IMG/VR virus record: IMGVR_UViG_3300013104_000001 | Coordinates: 1 to 64,000 of that record | DNA length: 64,000 nucleotides | Direction: 5' to 3' (one strand) | Shown here: one piece after another, positions 63,802 to 64,000 of the stretch | Position numbering within the stretch: the first letter of the stretch is position 1 | How the letters are laid out: the number at the start of each line of letters is the position of its first letter | Notes under the pieces: generated by a model | Databases searched by the model: none | Told to the model about the DNA's origin: nothing | The model's input: only the letters and a program-made list of their open reading frames with translations | Program-made: the position numbers and the translations under genes

Positions 63802-64000
63802 ATGAACACACGTATTGATGATGCACTAGATGTAATCGAGCTTGATGCTCAAAACGAACGTACTATGCTGTGCAGAAAGCAAGAAGCGACTCTGCCTGGT
63901 TATACAAGCAAAATGGCGGCTAAGCTTCAAAAGGTAATTGGGAAGGTTATTTGTAAGGCGAACAAATACAATGAAACTGTTGTTAGCAATACTCACTGTA
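63802..64000 (+). CDS. hypothetical protein, truncated by window end
   Basis: AAGGA RBS, ATG 63802, open to position 64000. Confidence 0.6.
   Translation, partial: MNTRIDDALDVIELDAQNERTMLCRKQEATLPGYTSKMAAKLQKVIGKVICKANKYNETVVSNTHC

Noticed and set aside
1-64000. tRNA, rRNA, introns, inteins, homing endonucleases, transposases
   Set aside because: No cloverleaf or T-loop context found in intergenic gaps; helicase, RNAP subunit and RtcB are uninterrupted and of ordinary length; no HNH, GIY-YIG, LAGLIDADG or DDE motifs recognised.
1-64000. Alternative genetic code or stop-codon readthrough
   Set aside because: Standard code gives near-complete coding density; the only broken gene is a frameshift, not an in-frame stop.

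Overview
This 64 kb window reads as a continuous, densely coding segment of a phiKZ-like jumbo myovirus (Chimalliviridae-type). All homology calls come from motif recognition and recalled gene order; no database search was run. Left half (1-40 kb) is a conserved core and virion block: thymidylate kinase, DnaB-like helicase, major capsid protein, a non-virion RNA polymerase beta-type subunit, portal, baseplate/tail paralog families, RuvC-like resolvase, an overlapping i-/o-spanin pair, four related tail-fibre-like genes, a central spike with an HxH tip, and an SbcC/Rad50-like ATPase. Right half (40-64 kb) is an accessory block: signal-peptide lytic transglycosylase, orphan QueC-like PP-loop protein, GNAT, SspB, a TPM+LemA-like membrane pair, a frameshifted Toprim gene, an RNA ligase next to RtcB, a Kelch-like protein, two tandem Ntn-hydrolase-like genes and many small hypotheticals. 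The most striking non-coding pattern is a dispersed intergenic element: a hairpin followed, in the direction of transcription, by (T)TATGCCG, with CGGCATA added on the 5' side mainly where genes converge. Recurrent CCTACATTAC and AATC(C/A)TATG motifs are candidate phage promoters. No tRNA, rRNA, CRISPR array, intron, intein or transposase was recognised.
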